This document shows, piece after piece, positions 1 through 12,156 of a stretch of 64,000 bases of DNA. The notes below the pieces were generated by a model. The model did not search any database. It was given only the letters and a program-made list of their open reading frames with translations, and was not told the origin of the DNA. A program made the position numbers and the translations under genes. The first letter of the stretch is position 1. Each line of letters begins with the position of its first letter. The stretch is taken from the NCBI GenBank assembly GCA_965153285.1, contig OZ229111.1; one strand, given 5' to 3'. Source of the DNA: Podarcis tiliguerta. Taxonomy: Eukaryota.

Positions 1-1353
1 TGATGTGCACAAAGAGCCAATTTCACTGTAGTCTTTTTTACCACCTCCTCTTGCCTTCACAGTATACCTTTGCGGGCTTGGCCTGCTTTAACAAGAGGAG
101 ATCCTTTCTTAAGGCAACAAAAACCACCACCCCATTTTTCGTAACTGAGAACAGGGCTGCGGACCATTTCCTTTCCTTGCTCTTTTCAGTCCCCAAAGTG
201 TTTGCTCCACTTATATTATCTGCTATAGAAGCACCAGCTAAGCCACCTGGTTGCGAATATACACAGACAGCGAGTCATCTGCCTCTGCCGCTGCAAAGAG
301 ACCTTCCCTAAACCCTAAGTGTTTCATTTTAGACCTCCTGGTGATGGTGCAAATGTTACCGCACTTTTTACCCCAGTTGATTATAGCATTGAAAATTGAG
401 CCAGAACTCCAGAGCTCTGCTCCCATCCCTGGACTAGTCAGAATACATCCCATAAACCGATTAGCAATGCCACTAGGTGACATCACCACCCTCAAATAAA
501 AAAGGAGAGAAAAAGAGAGCAGAACTTAGGACTTCCACCTCTTTTTACACATACTTTTGTCCTTTAGACACATGTTCATTTCAGGTGATCCAATACCCCT
601 TCCAGAAGGCTAAGAAGTCTGGGAATACTAAACCAATTGGGTTTTTTTCCAGTTTAAATATTTATATTTTTTTTAAAAATGGGAAGAAAGAAATAATAAA
701 AAGCAGTTGACTCTGGGCAACGACCATGAAAACTGGAAGAAAAGCCTACCCAAACAGAAAAGAGAATAAAAAGATATTTGATTAAAACCTCCTGACACCT
801 TCAGCAGGCTCTATCTTTGTCTTCTTGAGAACAGCAACAAAGGGAGGGGAGCAGGTAGGACCATCAAGTGCTACTGTGGTTGCTGTTGTTGTTGCTGTTG
901 TGGTGGTGGTAAAGGGGAAGGGGAAAGGGGGGATGCTGAAGCACAAATTATCTCAAACTGCGGCTGGGAAGAGGAACAAAAACCACATCTTTCCACCCTT
1001 TCCCAAGAACAGACAATGCACTATGGTAAGTAAAATGCTGGGGTAAGTAACACAGACAGGTTGGGAGAAGGGTGGGATTTGTTTTTTTGCAGCCCTCCCT
1101 CCCTGTCTTTCCTATCTCTGGACAATCAGGGTAGAGAAGCCGCAAAGCCTGGATCGTCATTTCTGTCCTCCCCACCATTTTCACAAAAATCTGGCCAAAG
1201 TCCTTCTTCCCCTTCCCACACAGCTGCTTCTCTTTGTTTTCATGGAGGCAGAGAAAGGCTGAAATGACTTGAGACAGCAGCGGTTGGCAGAGTCCCCGTT
1301 CACTTCTCCCCACCCAAGCTCTCCACACCCTTCGCGAGCTGCGCCCGTCCTCC
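1..1353 (-). other. SAMD1: SAMD1 3'UTR (end not located; may extend beyond the window)
   Basis: Directly follows the stop codon; no minus-strand AATAAA seen in 1-1353. Confidence 0.55.
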
Positions 1354-1512
1354 TCAGCCCATGAAGGAGTCGCCCTCGTCCTCCTCAAAGTGGCACTGCT
1401 GCAGCACCTTGATGTGGTACTCGTAGATCTTGAGAGCAGGCCCCAGGCGGATGGAGAGGCCGGTCAGGACATCGGTGCGCTGCATCAGCAGAAGAGACTT
1501 CCCATCGATCTC
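1354..1512 (-). CDS. SAMD1: SAMD1 coding exon 5 (second half of SAM domain, stop codon)
   Basis: [38 protein letters not shown]..., TGA at 1354-1356. The five exons total 1485 nt = 494 aa. Confidence 0.95.
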   Translation of the reverse strand, partial: EIDGKSLLLMQRTDVLTGLSIRLGPALKIYEYHIKVLQQCHFEEDEGDSFMG

Positions 1513-2710
1513 CTGCAGCGGGAGCAACAGAGGCACAAAACATCAGGGCATTTAGGGCACAGGGACTCCCCCCATTAAGAGACGGAATATAGATCACACA
1601 CACAGACACACACACTTCTTTTAAGAAAGCAATAGTAGAGATCTGTATTAAGAAGGAACCCCCCTCCTCAGTGAACCGGAGGGAAGAAGGAAAGTGTTCT
1701 ATAAATCTAGACGAGCTTCCAGGTTGAGAAATGGATTTGATTGAATTTATGCACATTTTTTTGCCTATCTTGAATGCTTAGTCCTTCCACATCCTTTTAA
1801 CACATATTTAAGCATTATCAATTACGATTCATGCCACTGGTTTAACATCCAGCCATCAACCCATTAGGCCTCCAACATAAGTCACCAGGAAATGCCCATC
1901 CTAGGCAGAATTTCATATTTTGAAATAGTCACAAGAGTATTTTTCAGTCTTTTCTATCTGAACACAGCGCATAGGAAGCATGATGACACCACTCTCTGTA
2001 GAGCTTAGGTGGCAACAGGGCCTATGGAAAGGTGGCTTGAAGGTGCAGATGTCCATAGACAGCATGCAGCTCACAAGGTGGGATGCTTCTAGGTGCAGAT
2101 CCCTGAAGAGGGAAGCCTGACTTTGGCCTTGGTTGAGCCCATTGACAGCTGTAAGTGGACCAGGCAGAGAGCCTTGATTATAAGAGGAGAGAGGGCTGAA
2201 GGAGCCAAATCCCATACTAAGGGAAAGAGGCCCATGATGCAACATGCAGAGAGGGATGGGGAAGACATATGTGGGAGAACACTCTGGATGCTTCCTATGA
2301 ACATAAACACACATTCAAATAGGATTGCTGAGCTCTAGTAACTTTATTTTTCCTTAAGCGAATAGCCAGTCGGAAGCAATGGTGGGGGGTGGGGGTGGAG
2401 TGGCAATATGGATAACTGAAACAGATCTCTAATCATTGGCAAGCACCTCTGTTATTTGCAAGGCATGTTTTTTAGCACGCAAGAAAACCCCATGGTGACT
2501 GCTGCTTTGATGTACAATCATATGCACCCTGGCTCGTGTTTTACATTTGACAAAGAGCCCCTAAGCAACTAGGAACCGAGTGTGCATACATGCAAGTCCC
2601 TACCCTGTTAAACATTCAGTGCCCATGCCATTCAGGGCCTTCTATTTCACTAAGAGTTCCGCTTGAGCATTAATCCCCAAATCTTTCACTAGGTATCCCA
2701 AGGTTCTCAC

Positions 2711-2819
2711 CTGTTCTTGAAAGGCAGATGCTTGCTCAGCAAAACCAGCTTCTGTGAAATAATCCACAACATCACTCACAGTCCATTCCACTGGGTCAGA
2801 AGGCTTCTCCTTCACTGAG
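2711..2819 (-). CDS. SAMD1: SAMD1 coding exon 4 (first half of SAM domain)
   Basis: [36 protein letters not shown]; cgtag| acceptor, CAG|GTGAGA donor. 109 nt, phase 2 to 0. Confidence 0.95.
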
Positions 2820-3099
2820 CTACGAGGAGGAGAGAGAGAGAAAAGAGAATTCATATCCCAGGCATCCAATGGCCTCCTGCTCCACAATGTGAAGGGGACT
2901 TCTCACCAGGAGTTAAACAGAAGAGAGTGCATGCATGGATCCAGAATGGGCAGGGGGTGGCAGATCATAAAAAGAACCCAACTTGAGCAAGAGACAAGTT
3001 TTTCTGTACGGGGCCACCCAAACCCCACCCCAGTAATTTATTATGTGTATTTTTAAACCACCCTTCAAATATATTGCGGGAAGGGGAGGGGTTACAAGA

Positions 3100-3800
3100 A
3101 TAAAACAAAATGTGAATAATAAAGTAAGTCAAATGCCGCAAAATGATAGAGAGCAAGAACTTCATCTCGGAAGCTTGGGTAAATAAAAAGACACCTGCTT
3201 GGAGCTGAAAGGAAAAATAGCATCTTGTCAGGGAAACATCTTTGGTTAGAAGATGTTCCATCACTTGCTGGGGATCCACCAGCAAAAATAAACTTTCTCT
3301 GGTTGCCACCCAGCTCACCTCAGTCAGTGAGGCCTATCTGGAGACAGATGGCCCTTCAAGTTCCCTTAAACAGGACCCACTAATGGAATGGAAGCCAGTG
3401 CAGCCGCATAGCACAGGCAAACCATGATCCTAACCCCCAGTCCCAGGCTGCAATCAAGCAGCTGTACTCTATACGAACTGCAGCTTCTGAACAGTTTCCC
3501 AAGGCAGCTCTATAGACAGTGCATTCCAGCAGTCTATCTTGGAGGTTCCCAGAACATGGATGACAGAGGCCAGGCTAACAGGAAGCCTATCCCAGCAAAC
3601 AGGAAGGCACCAATATGGCATCACAGTCACACGAATATGGCAATGTGAAAAGCAGCCTAATGAGGACGTCTAAGTATTTCAACCCCACTGTGCCTGCTTT
3701 GGAATCTGAAAGGCAGCAGCAACTCATTTCCTCCAATGAAGGAGGGAGGCATCTGAAGAAAGCCCTTCTAGATGCAGTCAGCCTTTACTCACTGCTGAAG
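3100..3800 (-). mobile_element. Degraded L2-like LINE fragment
   Basis: Resembles squamate L2 RT/3' region (aactgcagcttctgaacagtttcccaaggcagc...gcattccagcagtcta). Boundaries approximate. Confidence 0.5.
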
Positions 3801-3937
3801 ACGTCTTGTCTGTTCCTTTTCTAGATTCCCCTAAATAGGTGGTGGCACTGATGGCAGGGGACTCAAGTGTTCTCTCCTTACAGAGGGCCATAGGTGTCAT
3901 TAAACAAATGGGTTTTCGGTGCCCACTCAAAACTTAC

Positions 3938-4028
3938 GTGCAGCTGAAGGGTCTCCCATCTGCCTGGATGCCAGGTCTCCCAGGGGATGAGGGCACAGAG
4001 GGCTCAGTACCTGCAACAGCTGGTGACA
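3938..4028 (-). CDS. SAMD1: SAMD1 coding exon 3
   Basis: Pyrimidine tract with cccag|TG. VSPAVAGTEPSVPSSPGRPGIQADGRPFSC; donor AC|GTAAGT. 91 nt, phase 1 to 2. Confidence 0.88.
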
Positions 4029-4452
4029 CTGGGAGAAAGTAAGAGAGAGGGAGAAAAAAACACACAAATGGGAATGGGCCTGGTTCTCTTACAAAGCAGA
4101 GCTGGTGAATGAATTTGTGTGTGTGTGTGCCTGGAGCCAGTTTTAATTCCCATGGCACAAACACCTGAGAGCCAAAGCCATCTTCCCACAATCCGACCCC
4201 CCCACTCCTCATCCACCCATAATACTACTGACCTGGCCCAGGGCTCCTAGGCATAATTCTCAATAGTGAGTTGCACAACGACCCCAGGGGTCTATTTACA
4301 CTGGAAAAACCTGTGCAATAATCTTATCACCATCTCCAATGGTTCCTCCATTAGGATCTTTTGCCATATCCCTCTAGGGCCTGGGTCTCCCAAGAAAAGT
4401 CAAGCTTAGCCAACTATTCCTCCCACCCTCTCGCCCACCCTATACCCTATAC

Positions 4453-4831
4453 CTGCTCTGTCTGGCTGCTGATAGGCGCTGCCATCTTTCTTGCTGCCCC
4501 CCAGATGGTGACAGGCACTTTCTCCAGGCCAAGAGGCCTTTGTATGACATTGCTCATTTCCTTCATGGTGGGGACGCTCTGATCCTTTGTTCAAGGGCTG
4601 CTCCTCGAGGGAGCGCAGGTCTCTGGTGAGGGCACTGCTGGGTGGGATCTCTTTCCCACCATGCTTGCTGTCCTTACAGTCCCCGTTCACCTGGCCTATC
4701 CCAGGTCTGCTGTAGTTGCTGGCCTCATAATCTTGTGCCACCTCTGAACCTTCAGACATGGTGGAGGCTTCATCCTCTTCTTCTTCCTCCTCCTCTTCTT
4801 CTTCTTCACCTTTGACCTCCTCACCTGCCTT
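4453..4831 (-). CDS. SAMD1: SAMD1 coding exon 2 (acidic Glu-rich stretch)
   Basis: Acceptor tttgcag|AAG (NAGNAG, could shift 3 nt). KAGEEVKGEEEEEEEEEEDEASTMSEGSEV...; donor CAG|GTATAG. 379 nt, phase 0 to 1. Confidence 0.88.
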
Positions 4832-5249
4832 CTGCAAACATAAAAAGAATACATGTATATTTACAAATCCAGGCCCTGCTTCCACAGCACCCCAGACTAA
4901 TCACCCTCCGTGTCTAACTCTCCAGGCTTACTCAATGTTGGTGCCTCAAGTTCCTCGTTTCACTTTTATTGACTTTACAGTACTGTCCTGCACGTAATTG
5001 TTGTTAATGTTGCTTACTGCCAGGCTAAGGGTGTATGGGATTGTGGACTTTTGCTAAATCCTATGCCAACTTTCCTGGGAGTTAAGTACCACTGACCTCT
5101 GTGGCTGTTGCTTCTGTCTAGACATAAACAGGACTGCACACTTTGACAACTAACCCAATCTACTTCCAGGTTACAATGTAATTTTACTCAGAGCCCTTTC
5201 TTGTAATCCTGCTTTGGTTTCCCCTATTTGTTCAAAATGAGTTACTGTA

Positions 5250-5466
5250 CAGTGGTACCTCGGGTTACATACGCTTCAGGTTACAGACTCCGCTAACCCA
5301 GAAATAGTGCTTCAGGTTAAGAACTTTGCTTCAGGATGAGAACAGAAATTGTGCTCCAGCGGCGCAGCAGGCCCCATTAACTAAAGTGGTGCTTCAGGTT
5401 AAGAACAGTTTCAAGTTAAGTACAGACCTCCGGAACGAATTAAGTACTTAACCCGAGGTACCACTG
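5250..5466. mobile_element. Tc1/mariner-type MITE, complete
   Basis: Perfect 18-bp TIR CAGTGGTACCTCGGGTTA / TAACCCGAGGTACCACTG with TA on both sides. Confidence 0.9.
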
Positions 5467-5899
5467 TACTTGGAACCAGTGGTGTTGCTTCAATACTACC
5501 GCAAAATGCTCAGAGGCTCTTTGAAACACAGCAGGAGCCTTCTAATCCAAGAAGAGATGGAGTCAAACTTCAGCCACACCATCCCTCCACTTGGCTTTGT
5601 TGGGCGGATCCGCCTAGATTTATGGAAATCTATTGCCATCCTTGTAACAGAAAATAAGAGAGAACCAAAAGGGGCTTCTTTTTACTGGACTGTAATTGTA
5701 TTCTACCCTTGATAATTGCTCTGATCCTTACTGGATTGGGTTACATTCCAGAGCTGGTCACCCTCCTGACCAACACCACATGATTTCTCCTTTTCTGCTC
5801 CCCCCTCCGCTCCCCGTTTGCATTCGCTGCCTTACTACTCCCACCACCTCCCGACCTTATTGGAGGTTACAGAACCCTTTAGGTCAAGCACAAACTGAC

Positions 5900-7660
5900 T
5901 CTTTGTTCTGTGTTTATACGGAGCCTGGCACGGCCTGAGTTTGGCGGGGGGGGGGCGAGGTCGGAGAAGGGGCCACTGTCCAGGGCCCGACGTGCATCCT
6001 CAACGCCGCACAAATGTCACCGGAGGGCCACGCGCGCAGGTGAGCGGAGCCCCTCGGCACGCCCGGGGGTGGTTCTTACCCGCTCCCCAACTCGGCCCCG
6101 CAAGTTCCCCGCGGACCAGGCGGAGTTGTGCCATCCAGCGGCGGCCTTTCCGCTCACCTTCCCACAATACTTCGGAACTGCACGGGAGAATGTCGCCCCA
6201 TCGAAGCCCAGGCACCAATCGTGGCGCCCCCTCCCGTGCCAAAGCGATTTGATTGGGCGCTGCCCATAACTCTTCCTCCCAGACACACGCACACCTGCGC
6301 GAGCGCCCGCTGACAACATTCGGGGGGCTGGGCGCCGTCTGCCCTCCCCGAAAGCGGCTCCTCTCCGGCGCCCGCCCCCCCCCCCGCGCCCAGTATTCGG
6401 GCGCCCCCTGCGCGCGCACTCCTCCGCTAGGTCCGTTTCCGTCCTGGGGAAGCTCACCTGTTCCCCTCGGCCCGTGCGCCCCCGCCGCCCCGCCCCCACC
6501 CCTCCCCCCGCGCGCGCCGCGGCAGCCCCTCACCTTGTTCCTGTAAGCCCTGGCGCTGGGCGCCCGGGCCTGCGCGCCTCTCTCCGCCCTGGGCAAGGCG
6601 ACGCTGTTGCCGCTGCCGCCCCCGCCCCCGCCGCCACCCAAGCGGGTCCTCTCCAGCCGCTCCTCTTGGAGCAGCCCCTGCGCTCGGCCTCGAGTCACTC
6701 GGCCGCCCCCCGGCGCGGCGCCGTCGCCGCCCAAGTAGCGCACAATCTCTCGCAGGCTGACGGGGGAGGGCTCCTCCGGGGCGGGGGCAGGCGGCGGCGG
6801 TCGCTCCCGGCCGGTCCGACGAGGAGGCGGCGGCTGCGGCGGTGGCGGCGGAGGTGGCGGCGGCGGCGGCGGCGCGGCTGGCTCCGCGCGGGGCGCTGCA
6901 CGCTGGGAGGACCGGGGCGTCGCGGTGGCGGCGGCGGCGGCGGCGGGAGCGCTGGGCGGGGAAGTGCGGGCCGGCCGCTGCGGGGCCGCGGGGCTGGCGG
7001 CGGGCGTTCCGCCTCGCCGAGGCGGCTGGACCCGCGCAGCGTTGCGGTACGAGATGCTTCCCTTGTAGCTGACGCGGAGCACGGCGCGCTGCTGGATGAG
7101 CTTCTCCAGCTCGGCGCGGGTGCGCTCCGGCTCCGGGCCGTGCCGCCGGCGCACCATGCGGCAGATGCGCTCCAGGTCCGGGCGCGCCTTGCGCGAGCGC
7201 AGCGAGTCGATGGTGTCCAAGATCCACTCCTGGTAGCGCGGCGCCTCCTGGCCCGGGGGCGGCGGCGGGGGCCCGGCCATGGTGTTGCCGCCTCCCCCGG
7301 GGCTTCGCTGCCCCCGTGCGCCGCTCCGCCTTGGCCTCAGCTCTTGCCCGCGCGGCGCCAACTAGACCCTCCGCCCGGCAGGCGCTGCTGCTGCTGGAAG
7401 CGGCGGCGCGCGGGCTGGTCCGGGCAGCGCGAGCTCCTCCCTCCCCTTCCCCCAGCCGCACGCGCCGCCGCCTCCACCACCGCCCGAGCGGGACCCGCAG
7501 CCGCTTAAGGAGGCGCTGTTGCCTCCCGTAGCCTCCCTACACTTGGCGGCTTAAGGTGGAGCAGGAGAATTCGCCGCGTCCCCTTAGCGGCCGCGCCGGC
7601 TGGAAAGGGCGCTCTCTGGCCGCCTCAGGCAGAAGTCAACAGCAGGAATCCGGCGACTAC
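5900..7660. promoter_or_regulatory. CpG island / SAMD1 promoter covering exon 1 and the start of intron 1
   Basis: Very high GC and CpG density compared with CpG-depleted flanks; GC boxes; CCAAT at 6215-6219 and ATTGG at 6252-6256. Confidence 0.9.
6534..7280 (-). CDS. SAMD1: SAMD1 coding exon 1 (winged-helix CpG-binding domain plus Pro/Ala/Gly-rich region)
   Basis: ATG at 7280. MAGPPP...YQEWILDTIDSLRSRKARPDLERICRMVRRRHGPEPERTRAELEKLIQQRAVLRVSYKGSISYRNAARV matches the SAMD1 N-terminus. Donor AAG|GTGAGG, 747 nt, phase 0. Confidence 0.95.
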
Positions 7661-7960
7661 ATAATTCTTTTTTTTTTTTTAAAAAAAAAGCACTCGCTGG
7701 CTGTTCCATTTATAGCAGCAGGAGTTTCAGCGGCGGATTTCAGCGGAAAGTGGAATAGAAGTTTTCCCCTCAGCCTGCAACGCTTAGCTTTCCTCTCAAA
7801 CGCCCGTCTTCATTTGCCCAATTTACGAACCTGACCTCCTCCTAGTCCACATTTATTCACTCAAAACTACAGCGGTCAGCGTCCACGCCCTTGCTTCATC
7901 CCGATCGCTGAAGGTTTGTCCTGCCTGCCCCTGTACACTTGTATTTCCTGACTACAGCAG

Positions 7961-10900
7961 ATAAATGTGAGCGCTCAAATATGGAAGGCGATCAGAAACC
8001 TCTATGTTTTGCTTTGTGTTTTTTTTTTAAAGGCGGCTGTAAAGAGAGGAAAAATGTCCCTCCCAGCCACCACTCCTTCACTTCCTATGACATTTGCTTT
8101 TGCAGCCCTAGGCTACACCATTAAGGTTTCAGTTCTGTGCACAGAGAAGCAAGCTCCACTGAGCATAGTGAGACTTGCATCCAAGTAAATATGCAGAGGT
8201 CAGACTGAACTGAACTCTTGCAGTTGTCACAACCAGTTGGCCTCTAGTCACACTAGGATGTCCTGCTGTAAACTCTCACAGTCTTGGGTACCCTCCTCCG
8301 ACTCTTGTTCTCATACACTAGAAATGTTAGAAAGGAGGCCCTTAGATTTCACAATATGTTGCATTTTGATTACTGTATTCTTCTTTTTGGCCAGGAACCC
8401 AGAGTTTATGATGCGATGACATAACAAAACATAAGCTGCTAAAACATAGTTTAAGAGGATAAGTAGGATCAGAAAGGGGAAGCTTGTACCTGTTTCTAGT
8501 ATGGTTAAGCAATTAATTGTAACAGTTGGATTCCCCCCTCCCCACAGCCCCAGAAGTCAGAATCTAAGCAATGCTAGGAATATTGACTATTGAATTTCAA
8601 AGAGATGAGACAGGAAATCTGCAGTAGAGTGACTGAGGCCTTGAGTATATTTTCTCTGTACTGATGTACTGTAGAGCTGTGAAATTTTCACAAGATGCCA
8701 AAGGCTAGCACACCACGCTCTTCATTTATTTGTGAACACGTGTTGCACTAAGGCATATCCATAGTAAATACAGTGTGGTAGTTATTGTTCACGTAAAAGT
8801 CAGCAGCGCACATCAGCACCACCAACTTAAGCTATGTCTGGTTGAAGTCAGTGCTATTGTCCATCTTCTCTACCTGCTAATTACTCAAGTCCTGACCAAG
8901 CTAGACCAATCTTCATCACAGTCACTCTGCAGCTAAGCTACTACCATCCCTTGGGTAGTGCTAGCTTGCAGAGGAAGGGCAGTGCTGCAAAATGTTGTGT
9001 ACACAGATGCTGCTCCACTTTCAAGCTGTAGGTCCTTGCACAAAAGGGGAGCTACTACCAGGCATAAGGGAACCCCAGGATTTGTAGCAATACAAAAAAA
9101 TGGTGGAAAGAAGCCAATGGAAGGAAATCTCAAAGCAGACCAATGAGAACAGCATGCTCAGGAGCCAGAGACTGACTAACTGGTTTGAGTGAGGGAGTGG
9201 TTGGAATCTTTAATAGCAGCACTCAGCAGTGCATCATATTATTGCAGCTCCAACTTCTATATATATTTCCAACAACACATTACAATAGCATGGCCAAGAA
9301 TTAGAATACAGACGCTACGTAAATAGGAGCAGGCTCGGTTCTCGGTGAGAGATGCGATGAATGTCTATGCAGAGTGCAGCAACCCACTGAACTATATAGT
9401 AGATGAGTTCCTGAAGTACACTGACCATCATAAGAGAAATACAGTAGTGATCTGCTTTATGCCTGGGGCAGAAGCAAGAAGAGGGGGAAAGTGAATAAGG
9501 GATCCTACAGAACAGAACCCCTTCCTTGTTGATTCTGGGGGAGAACAAAAGCATCTGCTTTGTATGTAGGTCCCAGATGCAATCCTTGGTGGCTTAAGGT
9601 AGGACTGGGGGGAAACCTTGCATCAAAAACCCGAGAGCCACTGCCAGCCAGTGCAGACTAAGCTGGATAGACCAATGATCTGACTCAGAATCAGGTAGCT
9701 TTCTATGGCCCCAAAAGCAAAATGGATAGTATAAATTGAACAGCCATGCTAAGTTACCATGAGTTTTAACATTGCGCTATGGACTACTTCTATAAGTTGA
9801 GGACAGCTGATAAGGATATGTTAAGATCAAGTGCGTAGCTTTCATGAGTTCGATTCCCAGTTCCCACATATTGCAATTAGGGCAGAATAACAGGGCTTTG
9901 TGTCTTCATAGGCTGTACCTGTTTAACTCAATACTTTCCCCAATGCTAATCCTGTGAGAATTTCCAGTCCACCTCAAATCATAGTTTTTCCAGTTATGGC
10001 ACAGGTAGCACGATTAAGCAGTGATGTGGACTGTGGGAAGCAGTGGCTTTGATCCACCCCCATTACTGATGGGAAAGAGGCACTGGAAAGGGAAGCAATA
10101 TGCCCATGTTCACAAGCTGAGTCAGTGAGAGGAAGTGGTCAGGAATGAACTGCCTTCATGCCATCTCTTTTTCAAGCCCTCCTCCCTTCCAGAGGTGGGA
10201 ATAAAGCACTGTAGCTTTCAGTATGCTTTGAAACTACCAGTCCACTTGTTTTACTTTAAAACTCCCAGTGTGTCAAACGAATGATCTTTTCCAAACCGAA
10301 GCATTTGTGCCCTCCAGAGAGATTTCAAGAGCAACCGCCTTGAAAAATTGCAGTAGCATTTTTGTTACTCTTAACATCTCTCATTTGTGGTTTTCCTTAA
10401 AACACCAAGGTTCAAGAATTCCAGTATTTGCTGGCAAGCAAATGCAAGGTTTCCAGGCATCCTGAACAGAGACAAGAGTATGCCAAATGTAGCATTCCTC
10501 TTGAGTATACAACTTTAACATATATACACATCAGTTATCTAAATCTTATGTAAAAAGGATATTATGCAAGTCAAATGGCCTGAAGACTGCACACATACAG
10601 ATTAATCCAACTTGAAGATACCTAAACAGCTGATACATTGAAATTGGGGTATGATTACTTACATAGGGCAACGGAGCCTGTCTTACGTGACAGGAAAAGG
10701 GGCAAGTTGCGTTAACAAGCCTGTGTTTGAGAGATTTAACTTTGTGCTTCTGGGTTTTCAACATTCTCTAGTGTTATAGTGTCTTTTGTACCAACTTTCT
10801 TGCATAGCAGCCATGAGTTGTATGTGGACCTATTGAGAGGCCGCATGGTGTCAGACTGCTCCGAGAAGCTGCGAGAATTGTAGGCAGGCTCACTGGCCTA

Positions 10901-11085
10901 CAACTTCTGCACCCTGTTAGCTTCAGAACGCTGGGGATCACTGTTAACCAAGTGCTACCCTCCTGAGCAAGACTTTGCTCATCACCAGATGTGGCCTCCT
11001 TGCCTGACCACATCATGAAGAGAAAAAAGTGCTCAAACAATGGGGACCAGATAGGGTATCAGAAGGCAATTTAAGAGGGAGACAG
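7961..11085 (+). pseudogene. Possible decayed multi-exon gene of unknown identity, divergent from SAMD1
   Basis: Several AG-preceded protein-like fragments with partly matching splice phases and several in-frame stops (see findings). No homologue identified. Confidence 0.3.
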
Positions 11086-12090
11086 GTACGTTTGAGAGAT
11101 GAAAAGTGGTTTGAGAAGGGCTTCAGTTCCCATGTGTACACACACACATTTTCGTCCCACTGCCATCTCTGGTCAAAAAGATTTTGCAGTTTTTCAAAGT
11201 AATACCACAGAAAGTGGAATTCCTCTTCCAAACTGTCGTCAACATTGGGGGAATGTGAAGTGAACAAACTACAGTGTATCTGGGTTTAGCTAAGAAAATT
11301 AAAAAAGGAACCAAAAAGAATCTCATAGCTGTTTTCATCTCCAAGAAGTCTTACCTCTATATGAACTGGGAAAGCAGCTAGCATGCTTCAAATCAAGTTG
11401 CATCCCTTTGCTGTTCAGTCCCTAATGCTTGTTATTCTCAGAGTGACCCATTCACTTTTAGAACAGTTCACCCTAGTTTTCCAGTGCACCTCATTCCATC
11501 ACTTCACTTGAGCAGACATCTCTTTAGTCGAACTAGAACAAGAAAGGAGTCTTGTAGCAGCATGAAAAACTGCTCTAGCATCCTAGCTAGCTAATGCAAC
11601 ACAAATAAGTTAGTTTGTAATGTGCCACAAGCTACTGGTAGGCTGTCACTTTTTCAAGCCAAGCCTGAAAATATGTACATAGAAAAAGCAAAATTTAGAT
11701 TAAAGAAAAGAGTGACATCATAGCCAACTACAGTTGACATACATCTTGCTGAAAAAGTTCTTTTAACTATGGTCATAAGCAGAGATCCCAAAAGCAAAAC
11801 ACAAATGTCCAGAGGCCTTGCAGTATCTCTGGAGATTAATACAATTAGTTTTCTCATAGACTGTTGATAATGGTTGATCTCTTACAAGAACGGGAATGTC
11901 TGTGTACCATTAAAGTGGTTTATATTTTGTCTGCCCAACTTTCAATGGCCTTGAATGGATGGACTTTGTACAACACTATAGTTCATTACGTAACTCAACA
12001 TGTGACATTTATTTCATATACAAATAGTGTATTCTTTTGTAATCAGCAGGGTAGGAGCTTTCTATGAATATCCACATTCTATGGCTACAT

Positions 12091-12099
12091 ATCTATCTA

Positions 12100-12143
<44 letters not shown>

Positions 12144-12156
12144 ATCATCTATCTAT
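12091..12156. repeat. (ATCT)n microsatellite
   Basis: Directly visible tandem ATCT/TATC units. Confidence 0.95.

Noticed and set aside
6000-7361. 453-aa ORF as a single-exon protein with an N-terminal extension
   Set aside because: It starts at TTG. The conserved start is the ATG at 7280, and the part below 6534 is read-through into a GC-rich intron.
6454-7508. Overlapping 335-aa and 344-aa Arg/Ala/Gly-rich ORFs
   Set aside because: Alternative-frame and antisense shadows caused by stop-codon scarcity in the CpG island.
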